Shown: piece after piece, positions 1 through 10,178 of the stretch | Numbering within the stretch: position 1 is the stretch's first letter | Layout: every line of letters starts with the position of its first letter | Source: Methanothrix sp. | GTDB taxonomy: Archaea > Halobacteriota > Methanosarcinia > Methanotrichales > Methanotrichaceae | NCBI GenBank assembly: GCA_040770465.1 | Contig: JAXGJB010000005.1 | Span: 1-64,000, forward strand | Length of the DNA stretch: 64,000 nucleotides | Direction of reading: 5' to 3' | Program-made: the position numbers and the translations under genes | The notes under the pieces: model-generated | The model's database searches: none | The model's input: only the letters and a program-made list of their open reading frames with translations | Told to the model about the DNA's origin: nothing

Positions 1-555
1 GACATCGGTTATCTGGTTGCCCCCTAGGTACAGATCTTCCAGGTTAGTGAGGCCAGCCAGCGGATAGATGTCGGTTAGTTGATTGTCGTCTTGATGATCG
101 TCTAGGTCCAGATATTGCAGTTTAGTGAGGCCTGCCAGAGGTGAGACGTCTGTTAGTTGATTGTCGTCTAAGTCAAGTTTCAGCAGGTTAGTGAGGCCCG
201 CCAGCGGAGAGACATCGGTTATCTGGTTGCCCCCTAGGTACAGATTCTCCAGGTTAGTGAGGCCTGCCAGCGGAGATACGTCAGTTATATAGTTGCGTCT
301 TAGCCACAGTTCTTGCAGGTGATTACAATACTCCAGCCCGGTAAGATCTCTGATATCACTTTTATTCGCCCCAAGACTATCGATCTGTTCTAGATCTGCA
401 GCATAGATGGGACCTTCTGGTTTATCGATCGTGTCTCTTATGGCATCCTCAAGGTTCGGATCGGGGAATACGACTTCCGTTTCCACCTCATCCGCCACGG
501 CTGGCATTGATAGCGATGCTAGCATCAACAGAATGTAAATTAGCTTCAGTCTCAC
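1..555 (-). CDS. Secreted internalin-type leucine-rich repeat protein (runs off the window edge, 3' partial)
   Basis: Manual translation from GTG at 555: MRLKLIYILLMLASLSMPAVA signal peptide, cap VVFPDPNLEDAIRDTIDKPEGPIYAADL, then 22-aa repeats LTNLENLYLGGNQITDVSPLAG. Not in ORF track. Confidence 0.9.
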   Translation of the reverse strand, partial: MRLKLIYILLMLASLSMPAVADEVETEVVFPDPNLEDAIRDTIDKPEGPIYAADLEQIDSLGANKSDIRDLTGLEYCNHLQELWLRRNYITDVSPLAGLTNLENLYLGGNQITDVSPLAGLTNLLKLDLDDNQLTDVSPLAGLTKLQYLDLDDHQDDNQLTDIYPLAGLTNLEDLYLGGNQITDV

Positions 556-932
556 CTTATTCACCCTTATTAGTTAGTGTGAATGACACAAAATAAAAAT
601 GTTTCTATGAGTAGTAGCCTTATGTGAGGAACGTATCGAATAGCACACTTATGCAAAGTTGGCGAAATTCTCCAAAAACGCCAGCTTTGAGGGGGGTTCA
701 GTTTAGTAGGTGAAATACGACTTCGCGAGATCTAACGGTTGAAAGATCAGATGGTAAGAGCTAAGGATGGGTAAAGATATATTTGGGATTATTCGGGATC
801 CTGGACTCACGAAGCGGACCATGGAGGATTGTCTCTGGTTATTGCCACCGATTGTTATACGAATAAAACAGCTTGAGAAAGGGAACTGGCCCAACCCCCG
901 GCCCCCTCGACGCAACAAAGGAGGTTCTCGAA

Positions 933-2633
933 TTGTCCGATGAGCTCGACCACGTTCTCGCCTACCACCAGGCGACAAAGCACAGCTTCACAAAAATGGC
1001 CCCAGGCCCGAAGACGATGGACTGGGCAAACGAGCCCGCCCCCTTTCGAAGGTTTCGGGGAGCAGAGCTTGTGGAGCTGGCCCGGCCCGAGCCTTCGCCG
1101 GGCGAGGGGCCATCGTTTGACCTCGCCCTTACCGAGGGGAACGTCCCGCCCCGGCCCTTGAGCTTTGAGACCGTATCCCAGCTCCTCTTCAATTCGCTCG
1201 CCATATCGGCCTGGAGGCGGGCTGGCGGCGCGGCCTGGGCGCTCCGGGTCAATCCCTCCAGCGGAAACCTCCACCCCACAGAGGGGTACCTGGTCTCGGG
1301 GCCGGTCTCGGGGCTCTTCGACTCTCCTGCCGTCGCCCACTACGCGCCTCGGGAGCACGGCCTGGAGGTGAGGGGCCGGTTCTCGGAGGAGGCCTGGCGC
1401 GAGATGAGACTGCCGGAGGGGACGGTCCTCGTCGGCCTATCCTCCATCCCCTGGCGCGAGTCCTGGAAGTACGGCGAGAGGTCCTTCCGCTACCTCCACC
1501 TGAACCTCGGCCACGCCCTGGCGGCCTTGAGCATCGCCTCGGCGGCCCTGGGGTGGCGGGCGACGCTCCTCGACGGCGTCGGGACCAATGAGCTGGCCCA
1601 AATGCTGGGGGTGGCTGGGCCCGACGGCGCGGATGGGAGGGATCGGGCCCTGGGGGATGAAGGCGATGGAGAGGGCGGGGCCGAGGCCGAAGTCGAGGCC
1701 GAGATCCCCGACTGCCTGGTGGCGGTCCATCCCCAGGGCGACGGCTCCGAGATCGACCCTTCAGACTTCAGCCTCCCGGAGAAGGTCCTGGCCGAGTTCG
1801 GCGAGGTGGAGTGGCTGGGCAGGCCGGACCGGCTCAGCGCCGCCCACGTCGACTGGCCCCTGGTCGCAGGAATGGGGGCGTGGACGGCCAAACCTCGGGG
1901 GGAGATCGTCCGGGAGGAGCCCGCCGAGGTGGAAGCTCCGCCCGAGTTCGCTTATCCTTCATCTTCCTTGCGAGAGCTAATCCGCCGGCGGAGGAGCGCC
2001 ATCGTCATGGACCCCGCCACCGCCATGACCAAGGACGACCTCTTCAGAGCCCTGGCCCGAACCCTGCCGGGCCGGGGAAGGTTCCCCAACAACCTACTCT
2101 CATGTAGACCGGAGGTGGACCTCGCCGTATTCGTCCACCGGGTCCTGGGCCTCGATCGGGGGCTGTACTTCCTGGTCCGAAACCCCCTCCACGAGGACGC
2201 CCTCCGATCCGGCATGAGGGAGAGCTTCGGGTGGGATAGGCCGGTGGGGGCGCCTCAGGGATTCTACAGGCTGGAGTCCGGCGACTTCCGGGACCTGGCG
2301 AGGAGCCTCTCCTGCGGCCAGAAGATCGCCTCCGACGGCTGCTTCTCCCTTGTCATGATCGCCAGGTTCCGGCGGGCTCTGGAGGAGCGCGGCCCCTGGT
2401 TCTACTGCCGGCTCCTCTGGGAGTGCGGCATCGTCGGCCAGACCCTCTACCTGGAGGCCGAGGCCGCGGGGCTGAGAGGGTGCGGTATAGGCTGCTACTT
2501 CGACGAGCCCCTCTCCTCGGCCTTGGGCCTCTCGGGGACGGAGCTTGTGCCCTTCTACTCCTTCGCCGCAGGAAGAGAGGCGCCTTTGTCGAGGATGGAG
2601 ACCCTTCCGGCATACCCTGCACCCCGCAAATGA
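933..2633 (+). CDS. SagB/ThcOx-family double nitroreductase-domain protein
   Basis: YHQATKH, LRVNPSSGNLHPTEGY, WKYGERSFRY, second domain IRRRRS...GIGCYFD. TTG at 933 follows GGAGGT; the ORF track starts at 873. Confidence 0.85.
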   Translation: MSDELDHVLAYHQATKHSFTKMAPGPKTMDWANEPAPFRRFRGAELVELARPEPSPGEGPSFDLALTEGNVPPRPLSFETVSQLLFNSLAISAWRRAGGAAWALRVNPSSGNLHPTEGYLVSGPVSGLFDSPAVAHYAPREHGLEVRGRFSEEAWREMRLPEGTVLVGLSSIPWRESWKYGERSFRYLHLNLGHALAALSIASAALGWRATLLDGVGTNELAQMLGVAGPDGADGRDRALGDEGDGEGGAEAEVEAEIPDCLVAVHPQGDGSEIDPSDFSLPEKVLAEFGEVEWLGRPDRLSAAHVDWPLVAGMGAWTAKPRGEIVREEPAEVEAPPEFAYPSSSLRELIRRRRSAIVMDPATAMTKDDLFRALARTLPGRGRFPNNLLSCRPEVDLAVFVHRVLGLDRGLYFLVRNPLHEDALRSGMRESFGWDRPVGAPQGFYRLESGDFRDLARSLSCGQKIASDGCFSLVMIARFRRALEERGPWFYCRLLWECGIVGQTLYLEAEAAGLRGCGIGCYFDEPLSSALGLSGTELVPFYSFAAGREAPLSRMETLPAYPAPRK

Positions 2634-2698
2634 GCTGGGAAAAGGTAAAATCATCCTAGGACGATGGTAGAGCGAGATCGTGACGGGGAGGAGAGATC

Positions 2699-4870
2699 AT
2701 GCACTACATGCCTAGAGACAAATTTCCGAACTTGCCTGCGCGGATCGCAAAGCTCGGCGACCTCGCCTACAACCTCTGGTGGAGCTGGCATCCCGAAGGA
2801 CGGGAGCTATTCATAATGCTCGGCGGCCGGGCCGCCTGGAGCCGAAACGGTCACAACCCCGTCAAGATGATGCACGAGCTCGACGACGGGGTCATGAAGC
2901 TCGCCTCCCTCGACCCGAGGTTCCTCCGGTACTACGACGCCGTCATGGCCAGGTTTGAGGGGGACATGGACCCCACCAGCGGCTGGTTCTGCAACCGCGT
3001 CGCAGACCCCCGAGATAATAGCATCGCCTACTTCTCCGCCGAGTACGGCCTCCACCACGCCCTCCCAGTCTACGCCGGAGGGCTCGGCTTTCTCGCCGGA
3101 GACTACCTGAAAGAGTGCAGCGACCTCGGCGTTCCTGCCGTCGGGGTCGGCTTCATGTACCCCGAAGGCTACCTCCTCCAGAGGGTCACCCCCGACGGCT
3201 GGCAGGCCGGAGCCTGCGAGATGCTGGACAGGGAGAACGCCCCGGTCCGAAGGCTCCGGGACGACTCCGGCGAACCCTTGCTGGTTGACATACCCCTGCT
3301 GGACGGGGAGATATTCGTCGAGGTCTGGAAGGTCCAGGTGGGGAGGACCGACCTTTACCTGATGGACACAGCCGTCGACGCCAACGACCCCTGGAACCGG
3401 AGCATATCAGACAGGCTCTACACCGGCGACCCCGAGCAGAGGCTGAGGCAGGAGATCGTCCTGGGGATAGGCGGGGTCAGGGTCCTGAAGGTCCTCGGCA
3501 TCGAGCCCTCGGTCCTCCACCTGAACGAGGGGCATCCGGCCTTCGCCATCCTGGAGCGGATCCGGGAGAAGGTCGATTCGGGGCTCGGCCTCGAGGAGGC
3601 GATGGAGGTGGTAAAGAAGACGACGGTCTTCACCACTCACACCCCGGTCCCCGCAGGCCACGACAAGTTCTCCTTCGCCCTTATGGAGAAGTACTTCGGA
3701 TCGTACCTCCGAAACCTGGGGATGGGCCGCGAAGAGTTCTTCGAGCTGGGGATCGATCCTCGAGACCCGGCCAGCGGCTTCAACATGACCGCCTTCGCCC
3801 TGCGGATGTGCGATCATCGAAACTGCGTCAGCAGGCGCCACCTCGAGGTGACTAAAGGCATGTGGCGCCACCTCTGGCCAGACCTATCCGAAGACGAGAT
3901 CCCGATAGATCACGTCACCAACGGGATCCACGTCCCCACCTGGATCGACCGGAGGCTCGGAAACATCGTCTTCAACCAGTACCTCGGCCGCGACTGGCTC
4001 GAAAAGCACGACAACCCCTTCATCTGGGAGCTTCTTGACGAGATCCCCGACGACCTCCTCTGGGCTCAGCACAGAAGGATGAAGACGTCTCTTATAAACA
4101 AGGTGAAGGATCGGGCGAGGGAGAAGTGGAGAGACCCCGAGTCCGACTCGCGGACGATAATGGCCTTCGGGACCCTCCTGGACCCTCAGGCCCTGACCTT
4201 GGGCTTCGCCCGGAGGTTCGCCTCCTATAAGAGGGCGACCCTCCTCCTCCGAGACCCCGAACGGCTCCGAAATATCCTCACCGACCCCCAGATGCCCGTC
4301 CAGATTATCTTCGCGGGGAAGGCCCATCCCGACGACCAGCAGTCAAAGCTCCTCCTCCAACAGGTCTTCAACGCCGCCGCCGACAAGGGCTTCGAGGGGA
4401 GGATAGCCTTCGTCGAGGACTACGACCAATACCTGGCCCAGTACCTGGTTCACGGCGTCGACGTCTGGGTGAACAACCCCCGACCCCCCATGGAGGCCTC
4501 GGGGACGAGCGGTATGAAGGCGTCCCTCAACGGGGTCCCTCAGCTCAGCATCTTCGACGGCTGGTGGGTCGAAGGCTACAACGGCAGGAACGGCTGGGGC
4601 TTCGAGGGGGCGGAGGACGCCGTCGACCACGTCAGGGACGATCGGGATGCCGAAGCGATTTACGAGATCCTCGAAAACGATGTAATACCCCTCTACTACA
4701 GGGTGGATGACAAGGGGGTGCCCCGGGGCTGGGTGAAGGTGATGAAGGAGTCGATCAAGGTGACGGGTCCCAACTTCACCTCCCGGAGGATGGTCAAAGA
4801 GTACACCGAGAAGTTCTACCGGGCTGCCATCGAAGAGACGGCGGCGACAAGAGCCTGCAAAGGGCTCTGA
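2699..4870 (+). CDS. glgP: Alpha-glucan phosphorylase
   Basis: YFSAEYGL, GGLG, HLNEGH, ARRFASYKR, EASGTSGMK (PLP lysine). Confidence 0.95.
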   Translation: MHYMPRDKFPNLPARIAKLGDLAYNLWWSWHPEGRELFIMLGGRAAWSRNGHNPVKMMHELDDGVMKLASLDPRFLRYYDAVMARFEGDMDPTSGWFCNRVADPRDNSIAYFSAEYGLHHALPVYAGGLGFLAGDYLKECSDLGVPAVGVGFMYPEGYLLQRVTPDGWQAGACEMLDRENAPVRRLRDDSGEPLLVDIPLLDGEIFVEVWKVQVGRTDLYLMDTAVDANDPWNRSISDRLYTGDPEQRLRQEIVLGIGGVRVLKVLGIEPSVLHLNEGHPAFAILERIREKVDSGLGLEEAMEVVKKTTVFTTHTPVPAGHDKFSFALMEKYFGSYLRNLGMGREEFFELGIDPRDPASGFNMTAFALRMCDHRNCVSRRHLEVTKGMWRHLWPDLSEDEIPIDHVTNGIHVPTWIDRRLGNIVFNQYLGRDWLEKHDNPFIWELLDEIPDDLLWAQHRRMKTSLINKVKDRAREKWRDPESDSRTIMAFGTLLDPQALTLGFARRFASYKRATLLLRDPERLRNILTDPQMPVQIIFAGKAHPDDQQSKLLLQQVFNAAADKGFEGRIAFVEDYDQYLAQYLVHGVDVWVNNPRPPMEASGTSGMKASLNGVPQLSIFDGWWVEGYNGRNGWGFEGAEDAVDHVRDDRDAEAIYEILENDVIPLYYRVDDKGVPRGWVKVMKESIKVTGPNFTSRRMVKEYTEKFYRAAIEETAATRACKGL

Positions 4871-4929
4871 GATCTGAATTTTTGAAGCTTTTTTGGAAAA
4901 AGAGGAAAAAGAGACGTTTTGGGAGGGGC

Positions 4930-6573
4930 TCAGAAGTCCTCTCCCATGCCGCCCATGCCACCCATGCCGCCGGGCATGCCGCCTTCGCCGCCGGGCATGC
5001 CGCCGGACTTGGAGGCGATGACGTCATCGATCCTGAGGATCATGACAGCGGACTCGGCTGCTGAGTTGATGGCCTGGGTCTTCACCCTCATCGGCTCGAC
5101 GACGCCCTTCTCCTGCATGTCGGTGGGCGTTCCGGTCTCCATGTCGAGGCCTGCGGTCTTGACGCCCTTCTCGTGGCTGCTCCGGAGGGCAACCAGGGTG
5201 TCGATCTGATCGAAGCCGGCGTTCTCGGCCAGGGTCTTCGGTATGATCTCGAGGGCCTCGGCGAAGGCCTCGATGGCCAGCTGCTCTCGTCCGCCGACGG
5301 TGGCCGCGTACTCTCTCAGCCTGAGGGCAAGCTCGATCTCGGGAGCGCCGCCGCCGGGCATCAGGAGGGTGTCTTCCAGGGCCACTCCGACGACCCGGAG
5401 GGCGTCTTCCATGGCTCTGTCCAGCTCGTCGACGACGTGCTCGGTTCCGCCTCGGAGGATTATGGATACGGACTTGGGGTTCTCGCACTCAACGACGAAG
5501 GTCATGTCGTCGCCGGCGATCTTCCTCTCCTCTACAAGGCCGGCCCGGCCAAGCTCGCTCTCTGCGAGGTCGTGGATGCTGGTGACGATCCTTCCGCCGG
5601 TGGCCCGCGCCAGCTTCTCCATGTCGCTCTTCTTGATCCTCCGGATGGTGTAGACTCCGGCCTTGGCCAGGAAGTGCTGTGCGAGGTCGTCGATCCCCTT
5701 CTGGCAGAAGACGACGTTTGCCCCGGTGCTGACGATCTTGTTGACCATGTCTTTGAGCATCGTCTCTTCCTGGTCGAGGAAGGCCTGGAGCTGGTCGGGA
5801 GAGGTGATCTCGATCTTGGCGTCGACCTCGGTCTTCTCGATCTCGATGGCCGTGTTCAGGAGGGCGATCTTGGCGTCCTTCACCTTCTTGGGCATGTTGG
5901 GGTGGAGCCTTTCTTTGTCGATGACCATCCCGTAGACGAGCTGAGAGTCGGTGATGCCGCCGCCTACCTTCTTCTCGACGGTGATGTTGTCGACGTCCAC
6001 GGTTCCGTCCTCGTCGACGATCGCCTTGACAGCCTTTACTGAGAGCTCAGCCAGCTCGTTTCTGGCGACGCCAGATCCCTTCCCGGTCATGGCGGTGATG
6101 GCGATCTTCTTCAGCAGCTCATCGTCATCGGGGGACACCTTTATCGCCATATCCTTCAGGATCGACATCCCCTTCTCGGCCGCTGCCCTATATCCTGCTG
6201 CGATGACTGTGGGGTGGATCTCCTGGTCCAGCAGCTCTTCAGCCTTCTTGAGAAGCTCGCCTGCCAGAACCACGGCGGTGGTGGTGCCGTCGCCGACCTC
6301 GTCGTCCTGGGTCTTGGCGATCTCGACCATCATCTTGGCCGCTGGGTGCTCAATGTCCATCTCCTTGAGGATGGTGACACCGTCGTTGGTTATGACAACG
6401 TCGCCGAGGGTGTCGACGAGCATCTTGTCCATGCCCTTGGGACCGAGAGTAGTCCTTACGGCGGTTGCTACGGCTTTGGCGGCCATGATGTTCGACTTCT
6501 GCGCCTCGCGGCCAGCAGTCCTCTGACTGCCCTCTCTGAGTATGAGTACAGGGGTTCCCCCTAGTCCTGCCAT
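4930..6573 (-). CDS. ths: Thermosome (group II chaperonin) subunit
   Basis: [18 protein letters not shown]-terminal GGM repeats; ATG at 6573 after GGAGG. Confidence 0.97.
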   Translation of the reverse strand: MAGLGGTPVLILREGSQRTAGREAQKSNIMAAKAVATAVRTTLGPKGMDKMLVDTLGDVVITNDGVTILKEMDIEHPAAKMMVEIAKTQDDEVGDGTTTAVVLAGELLKKAEELLDQEIHPTVIAAGYRAAAEKGMSILKDMAIKVSPDDDELLKKIAITAMTGKGSGVARNELAELSVKAVKAIVDEDGTVDVDNITVEKKVGGGITDSQLVYGMVIDKERLHPNMPKKVKDAKIALLNTAIEIEKTEVDAKIEITSPDQLQAFLDQEETMLKDMVNKIVSTGANVVFCQKGIDDLAQHFLAKAGVYTIRRIKKSDMEKLARATGGRIVTSIHDLAESELGRAGLVEERKIAGDDMTFVVECENPKSVSIILRGGTEHVVDELDRAMEDALRVVGVALEDTLLMPGGGAPEIELALRLREYAATVGGREQLAIEAFAEALEIIPKTLAENAGFDQIDTLVALRSSHEKGVKTAGLDMETGTPTDMQEKGVVEPMRVKTQAINSAAESAVMILRIDDVIASKSGGMPGGEGGMPGGMGGMGGMGEDF

Positions 6574-6620
6574 CTTTTTTCTTCCTCCAGTTGATCTGAT
6601 GGCTTGCGAGGTGTTTAAAC

Positions 6621-6638
6621 TTCTATATGAACATTTCG
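6621..6638 (-). promoter_or_regulatory. Probable BRE/TATA promoter of the thermosome gene
   Basis: Minus strand CGAAATGTTCATATAGAA about 50 nt upstream of the ATG. Confidence 0.45.
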
Positions 6639-6858
6639 GGACCGCTCCGGGCCGGGCCTTCCTCCCCAAAAAGGGGGAGATCTCGTCGGTACGAGAGGTA
6701 TTTCTGAAGGCAGCTTATGCGACCATCCTGCGGACTACGGTGGGATGAAAGCATAATATTCGGCTCGGTGAGAGCCTCGGGATTCGATAACGAGGAATCT
6801 GCTCCATCGATGCTGGTTGCAAACCTATTTATATCCGATTCGACTGTCTTCCGAGAGA

Positions 6859-7320
6859 ATGGCCGAGACCAGCATATTCGTAGTTAAGACCACAGCAAAC
6901 CAGGAACGGTCAGTGGCAAACCTCATCTCCCAGCTGGCGCGAAAAGAGAAGTATGATATCACCGCGCTGCTGGTTCCTGACGTCCTGAAGGGGTACGTCC
7001 TCGTAGAGGCTAAGGCTCCTGAGATCGTCGAGGAGGCGATCCAGGGGGTGCCCCACGCCCGCTCTGTCATAAAGGGCGCGTCCAGCTTCGGCGAGGTGGA
7101 GCATTTTCTGACGCCCAAACCCGCTGTGGTCGGAATAAACGAAGGTGCCATAGTGGAGCTGATCTCGGGACCTTTCAAGGGCGAGATGGCCAGGGTCAAG
7201 AGGGTAGACATCGGCAAGGAGGAGATCACCGTAGAGCTCTTCGAGGCGATGGTGCCCATCCCCATAACTGTGAGGGGTGACCACGTCCGTGTCCTCAGCA
7301 AAGATGAGATTCAGAGGTGA
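6859..7320 (+). CDS. spt5: Transcription elongation factor Spt5
   Basis: [23 protein letters not shown] motif [11 protein letters not shown]; TTTATA about 25 nt upstream. Confidence 0.96.
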   Translation: MAETSIFVVKTTANQERSVANLISQLARKEKYDITALLVPDVLKGYVLVEAKAPEIVEEAIQGVPHARSVIKGASSFGEVEHFLTPKPAVVGINEGAIVELISGPFKGEMARVKRVDIGKEEITVELFEAMVPIPITVRGDHVRVLSKDEIQR

Positions 7321-7325
7321 ATTTC

Positions 7326-7796
7326 TTGGCCAATGTTGTTGAAGTGTTGGTACCCGGTGGAAAGGCCAGCGCTGGACCCCCGCTGGGCCCCGCACTGGGA
7401 CCATTAGGTGTTAACGTTGCAGACGTAGTAAAGAAGATCAATGAGGCGACTGCGGACTTGAACGGGATGCAGGTCCCGGTCAAGGTTACGGTGAAGAGCA
7501 GGACCGAGTACCAGATTGATGTGGGCACTCCCCCAACCTCGGCGCTGGTCCTCAAAGAGGTGGGGCTGGAGAAGGGATCCGGCAACGCCCTGGAGACCGT
7601 CGGAAACCTGACCATGGATCAGGTGGTCAAGGTCGCGGGAATCAAAAGGAAGAACTTACTATCCGTCTCCATGAAGAGCGCCGCAAAAGAGGTCATAGGG
7701 ACCTGTGGGAGCATGGGCATCACCGTGGAGGGCATGCCCGGAAAGGAGGCCCAGGCGGCGGTAGACGAGGGCAAGTTCGACGAGCTCCTCGCCTAG
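7326..7796 (+). CDS. rpl11: 50S ribosomal protein uL11
   Basis: PGGKASAGPPLGPALGPLGVN; TTG at 7326 after GAGGTGA. Confidence 0.96.
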   Translation: MANVVEVLVPGGKASAGPPLGPALGPLGVNVADVVKKINEATADLNGMQVPVKVTVKSRTEYQIDVGTPPTSALVLKEVGLEKGSGNALETVGNLTMDQVVKVAGIKRKNLLSVSMKSAAKEVIGTCGSMGITVEGMPGKEAQAAVDEGKFDELLA

Positions 7797-7850
7797 ACGA
7801 AAACTTATTATAGAGGATTGCAGACGGGATTTGGACTTCTTTTTGAGACG

Positions 7851-7880
7851 CCGTAGTAGACCGGAAGTCGTGGACTACGG
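7851..7880 (+). promoter_or_regulatory. Putative uL1 autoregulatory mRNA operator overlapping the rpl1 SD
   Basis: CCGTAG-TA-GAC-CGGAA-GTC-GTGGA-CTACGG: two helices with an asymmetric loop (GNAG.../...CG-NNN-AC) resembling the L1 site; its 3' GG is part of GGAGG. Confidence 0.6.
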
Positions 7881-7889
7881 AGGATTGAG

Positions 7890-8528
7890 ATGAACAATAC
7901 GATAGAAGACGCCGTCAGAAAGGCGATCTCTGAGGCCCCCGAGAGGAGGTTCAACGAGAGCGTCGATCTGGCGATCAACTTGCACAATATCGACATGAGC
8001 CTGCCGGCCAACCGGGTGGACGAGGAGATAATTCTGCCCCACGGCCGCGGCAGATCTGCAAAGATCGCTGTATTCGCCAGCGGCGAAACTGCTCTTCTTG
8101 CTCAGCGCGCGGGGGCGGATCTGGTGATCTCACCGGACGAGCTCAACGAGCTGGGGGACGACAAGAAGCGAGCAAGAAAGATCGCCGACGAGTACACATA
8201 CTTCATCGCCGAGACGAGCCTCATGCCGACGATCGGCAAGAAGCTGGGCCCCATCCTGGGAAAGAGGGGAAAGATGCCCATGCCTCTCCCCCCGAACGTG
8301 GACGTCACCCCCATAATCAAAAGGCAGAGAAACCTGGTGAGGGTGCGGTCCCGTGACCGACTCACCTTCCACATGGCCGTCGGCGCCAGGGATATGGAGG
8401 TCCAGAAGATCGCCGAGAACGTAGAGGCGGTTACGATCAAGCTTGAGCAGACCCTCAAGGACGGCAAGCAGAACCTGAAGTCCGTATACGTTAAGACGAC
8501 CATGGGCCCAGCGATAAAGGTGATCTGA
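7890..8528 (+). CDS. rpl1: 50S ribosomal protein uL1
   Basis: RRFNESVDLAINL, LGKRGKMP, YVKTTMGP. Confidence 0.97.
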   Translation: MNNTIEDAVRKAISEAPERRFNESVDLAINLHNIDMSLPANRVDEEIILPHGRGRSAKIAVFASGETALLAQRAGADLVISPDELNELGDDKKRARKIADEYTYFIAETSLMPTIGKKLGPILGKRGKMPMPLPPNVDVTPIIKRQRNLVRVRSRDRLTFHMAVGARDMEVQKIAENVEAVTIKLEQTLKDGKQNLKSVYVKTTMGPAIKVI

Positions 8529-8529
8529 A

Positions 8530-9513
8530 ATGTCCGTCCAGGTACGCCATACAGAGCACGTCCCAGAATGGAAGATTAGAGAGGTAGAGGATCTGGTGGA
8601 GAGGATCCAGAGCTCACCCGTCGTCGGCCTGGTGGGATTGACAGAGATCCCCGCAAAGCAGCTCCAGGACCTGCGAGCTGAGCTGAGGGATGCGGCCACC
8701 ATCAAAATGGTCCGAAACAATATCGCCCGCCGTGCGATAGAGAAGTGCTCCGGAGACGTCTTGCCTCTGGCAGACGGGATCAAAGCCCAGACCGCCTTCA
8801 TATTCACCGACGTAAATCCCTTCAAGCTCTACAAGATGCTGGAGGAGAAAAAGCAGCCGATGCCGATCAAGGCAGGCGGCAAGGCCCCCACCGACATAGT
8901 CATCGAGAAGGGAGAGACCTCGTTCTCTCCGGGTCCCATGGTGGGGAAGCTCCAGAGCGCCGGAATTCCCGCCGCCATAAAGAGCGGCAAAGTGGTCATC
9001 AACGAGACGAAGGTGGTGGCCGAGGAGGGCGAGACGGTATCATCCCAGCTGGCAGAAGTGCTGGCTACGATGGAGATCTTCCCGAGGAAGGTGGGACTTG
9101 AGCTATTGGCCGTCTACGAGGGCGGTCTGGTCTTCAGACCTGAGGATCTGACCATAGACGTCGGTAGCATCCTATCTCAGATGAGCACCGCCTCAGCGCA
9201 GGCCCTGGGACTCGCTCTGGAGATAGGCTACGCCACACCGACCACCATAGCTCCCCTTCTCCAGAGGGCTGCCTCAAAGGCCAGAAACCTGGTCCTGGAG
9301 TGCGCCATCCCCGTTCCCAGCATGATGGAGGCGCTGCTGGCGAAGGCGGCTGCGGACGCGTCAGTGCTCACAAACCTGGTCGAAGGCGGCTCGGCAGAGC
9401 CCAAGGCCGCCGAAGCCCCGGCAGAGAAGGCTGAAGAAGAGAAGGCCGAAGAGGCCGAGAAAGAAGAGGATGAAGAAGCCGGACTTGGCGGACTCTCTGC
9501 CCTGTTTGGTTGA
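8530..9513 (+). CDS. rpl10: 50S ribosomal protein uL10 (P0)
   Basis: HVPEWK, TDVNPFKL, TSFSPGP, acidic tail GLSALFG. Confidence 0.97.
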   Translation: MSVQVRHTEHVPEWKIREVEDLVERIQSSPVVGLVGLTEIPAKQLQDLRAELRDAATIKMVRNNIARRAIEKCSGDVLPLADGIKAQTAFIFTDVNPFKLYKMLEEKKQPMPIKAGGKAPTDIVIEKGETSFSPGPMVGKLQSAGIPAAIKSGKVVINETKVVAEEGETVSSQLAEVLATMEIFPRKVGLELLAVYEGGLVFRPEDLTIDVGSILSQMSTASAQALGLALEIGYATPTTIAPLLQRAASKARNLVLECAIPVPSMMEALLAKAAADASVLTNLVEGGSAEPKAAEAPAEKAEEEKAEEAEKEEDEEAGLGGLSALFG

Positions 9514-9537
9514 TCGAGAAGAAAGAGGTGGATTAAG

Positions 9538-9852
9538 ATGGAATACGTATATGCAGCATTACTGCTTCACAGCTCTGGTAAAGATGTGTCCGAGGAGGGC
9601 ATAAAGACCATACTCAGCGCCGTTGGCGTAGCCGCCGACGAGGTGAGGATCAAGGCGCTCGTCTCCGCCCTCGAGGGCGTTGACATCGAGGACGTCCTCT
9701 CCAAGGCGCCCAGCGTGGCCGTCGCAGCCGCGCCCGCCGCCGCAGCAGCCCCCGCCGCAGCAGCAGCGGCTCCCGCAGAAGCGGAGGCCGAGGAAGACAA
9801 GGAAGAGGCTGAAGAGAGCGGGATCGAAGGTCTCGGCGCCCTCTTCGGCTGA
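9538..9852 (+). CDS. rpl12: Ribosomal stalk protein P1/L12
   Basis: [11 protein letters not shown], Ala hinge, GLGALFG. Confidence 0.97.
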   Translation: MEYVYAALLLHSSGKDVSEEGIKTILSAVGVAADEVRIKALVSALEGVDIEDVLSKAPSVAVAAAPAAAAAPAAAAAAPAEAEAEEDKEEAEESGIEGLGALFG

Positions 9853-9855
9853 AAC

Positions 9856-9890
9856 TTTTTTTTTCTTCATTTTTTTATTCTTTTTTATCG
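9856..9890 (+). terminator. Oligo-T archaeal terminator of the ribosomal protein operon
   Basis: Several T-runs directly after the rpl12 stop. Confidence 0.7.
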
Positions 9891-10178
9891 ATTGATTTTG
9901 TCGCCTATTTTCATCAATGTTTTGTCGTCTTCACCCACTTACTCCACCCCTCAATACTCCCCGGCCACCCTCGCTTTATCTGTCCGTCTTCTCCTTCCTC
10001 TCACCGTCTCACCTCCGCCCACGATAGACTCGGTCCGTCTCCCCTTTTTATTCACTCATCACTTTTCCCTTTGGAAGATCAATCACCTATCCGGCTTTCG
10101 GCGGCAAAGGATAACTTCTCAGAAAGATAGAACTCAACCAGAGAACTCAACCGTTTCGAAAGAGAAGTTGGTGATTGT

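Noticed and set aside
933-2633. SagB-like gene as part of a thiazole/oxazole RiPP cluster
   Set aside because: No YcaO, precursor peptide or transporter nearby; stand-alone SagB-like genes are common.
9892-10080. Pyrimidine-rich tract and 96-aa ORF
   Set aside because: Low-complexity intergenic DNA with no repeat unit or plausible protein.
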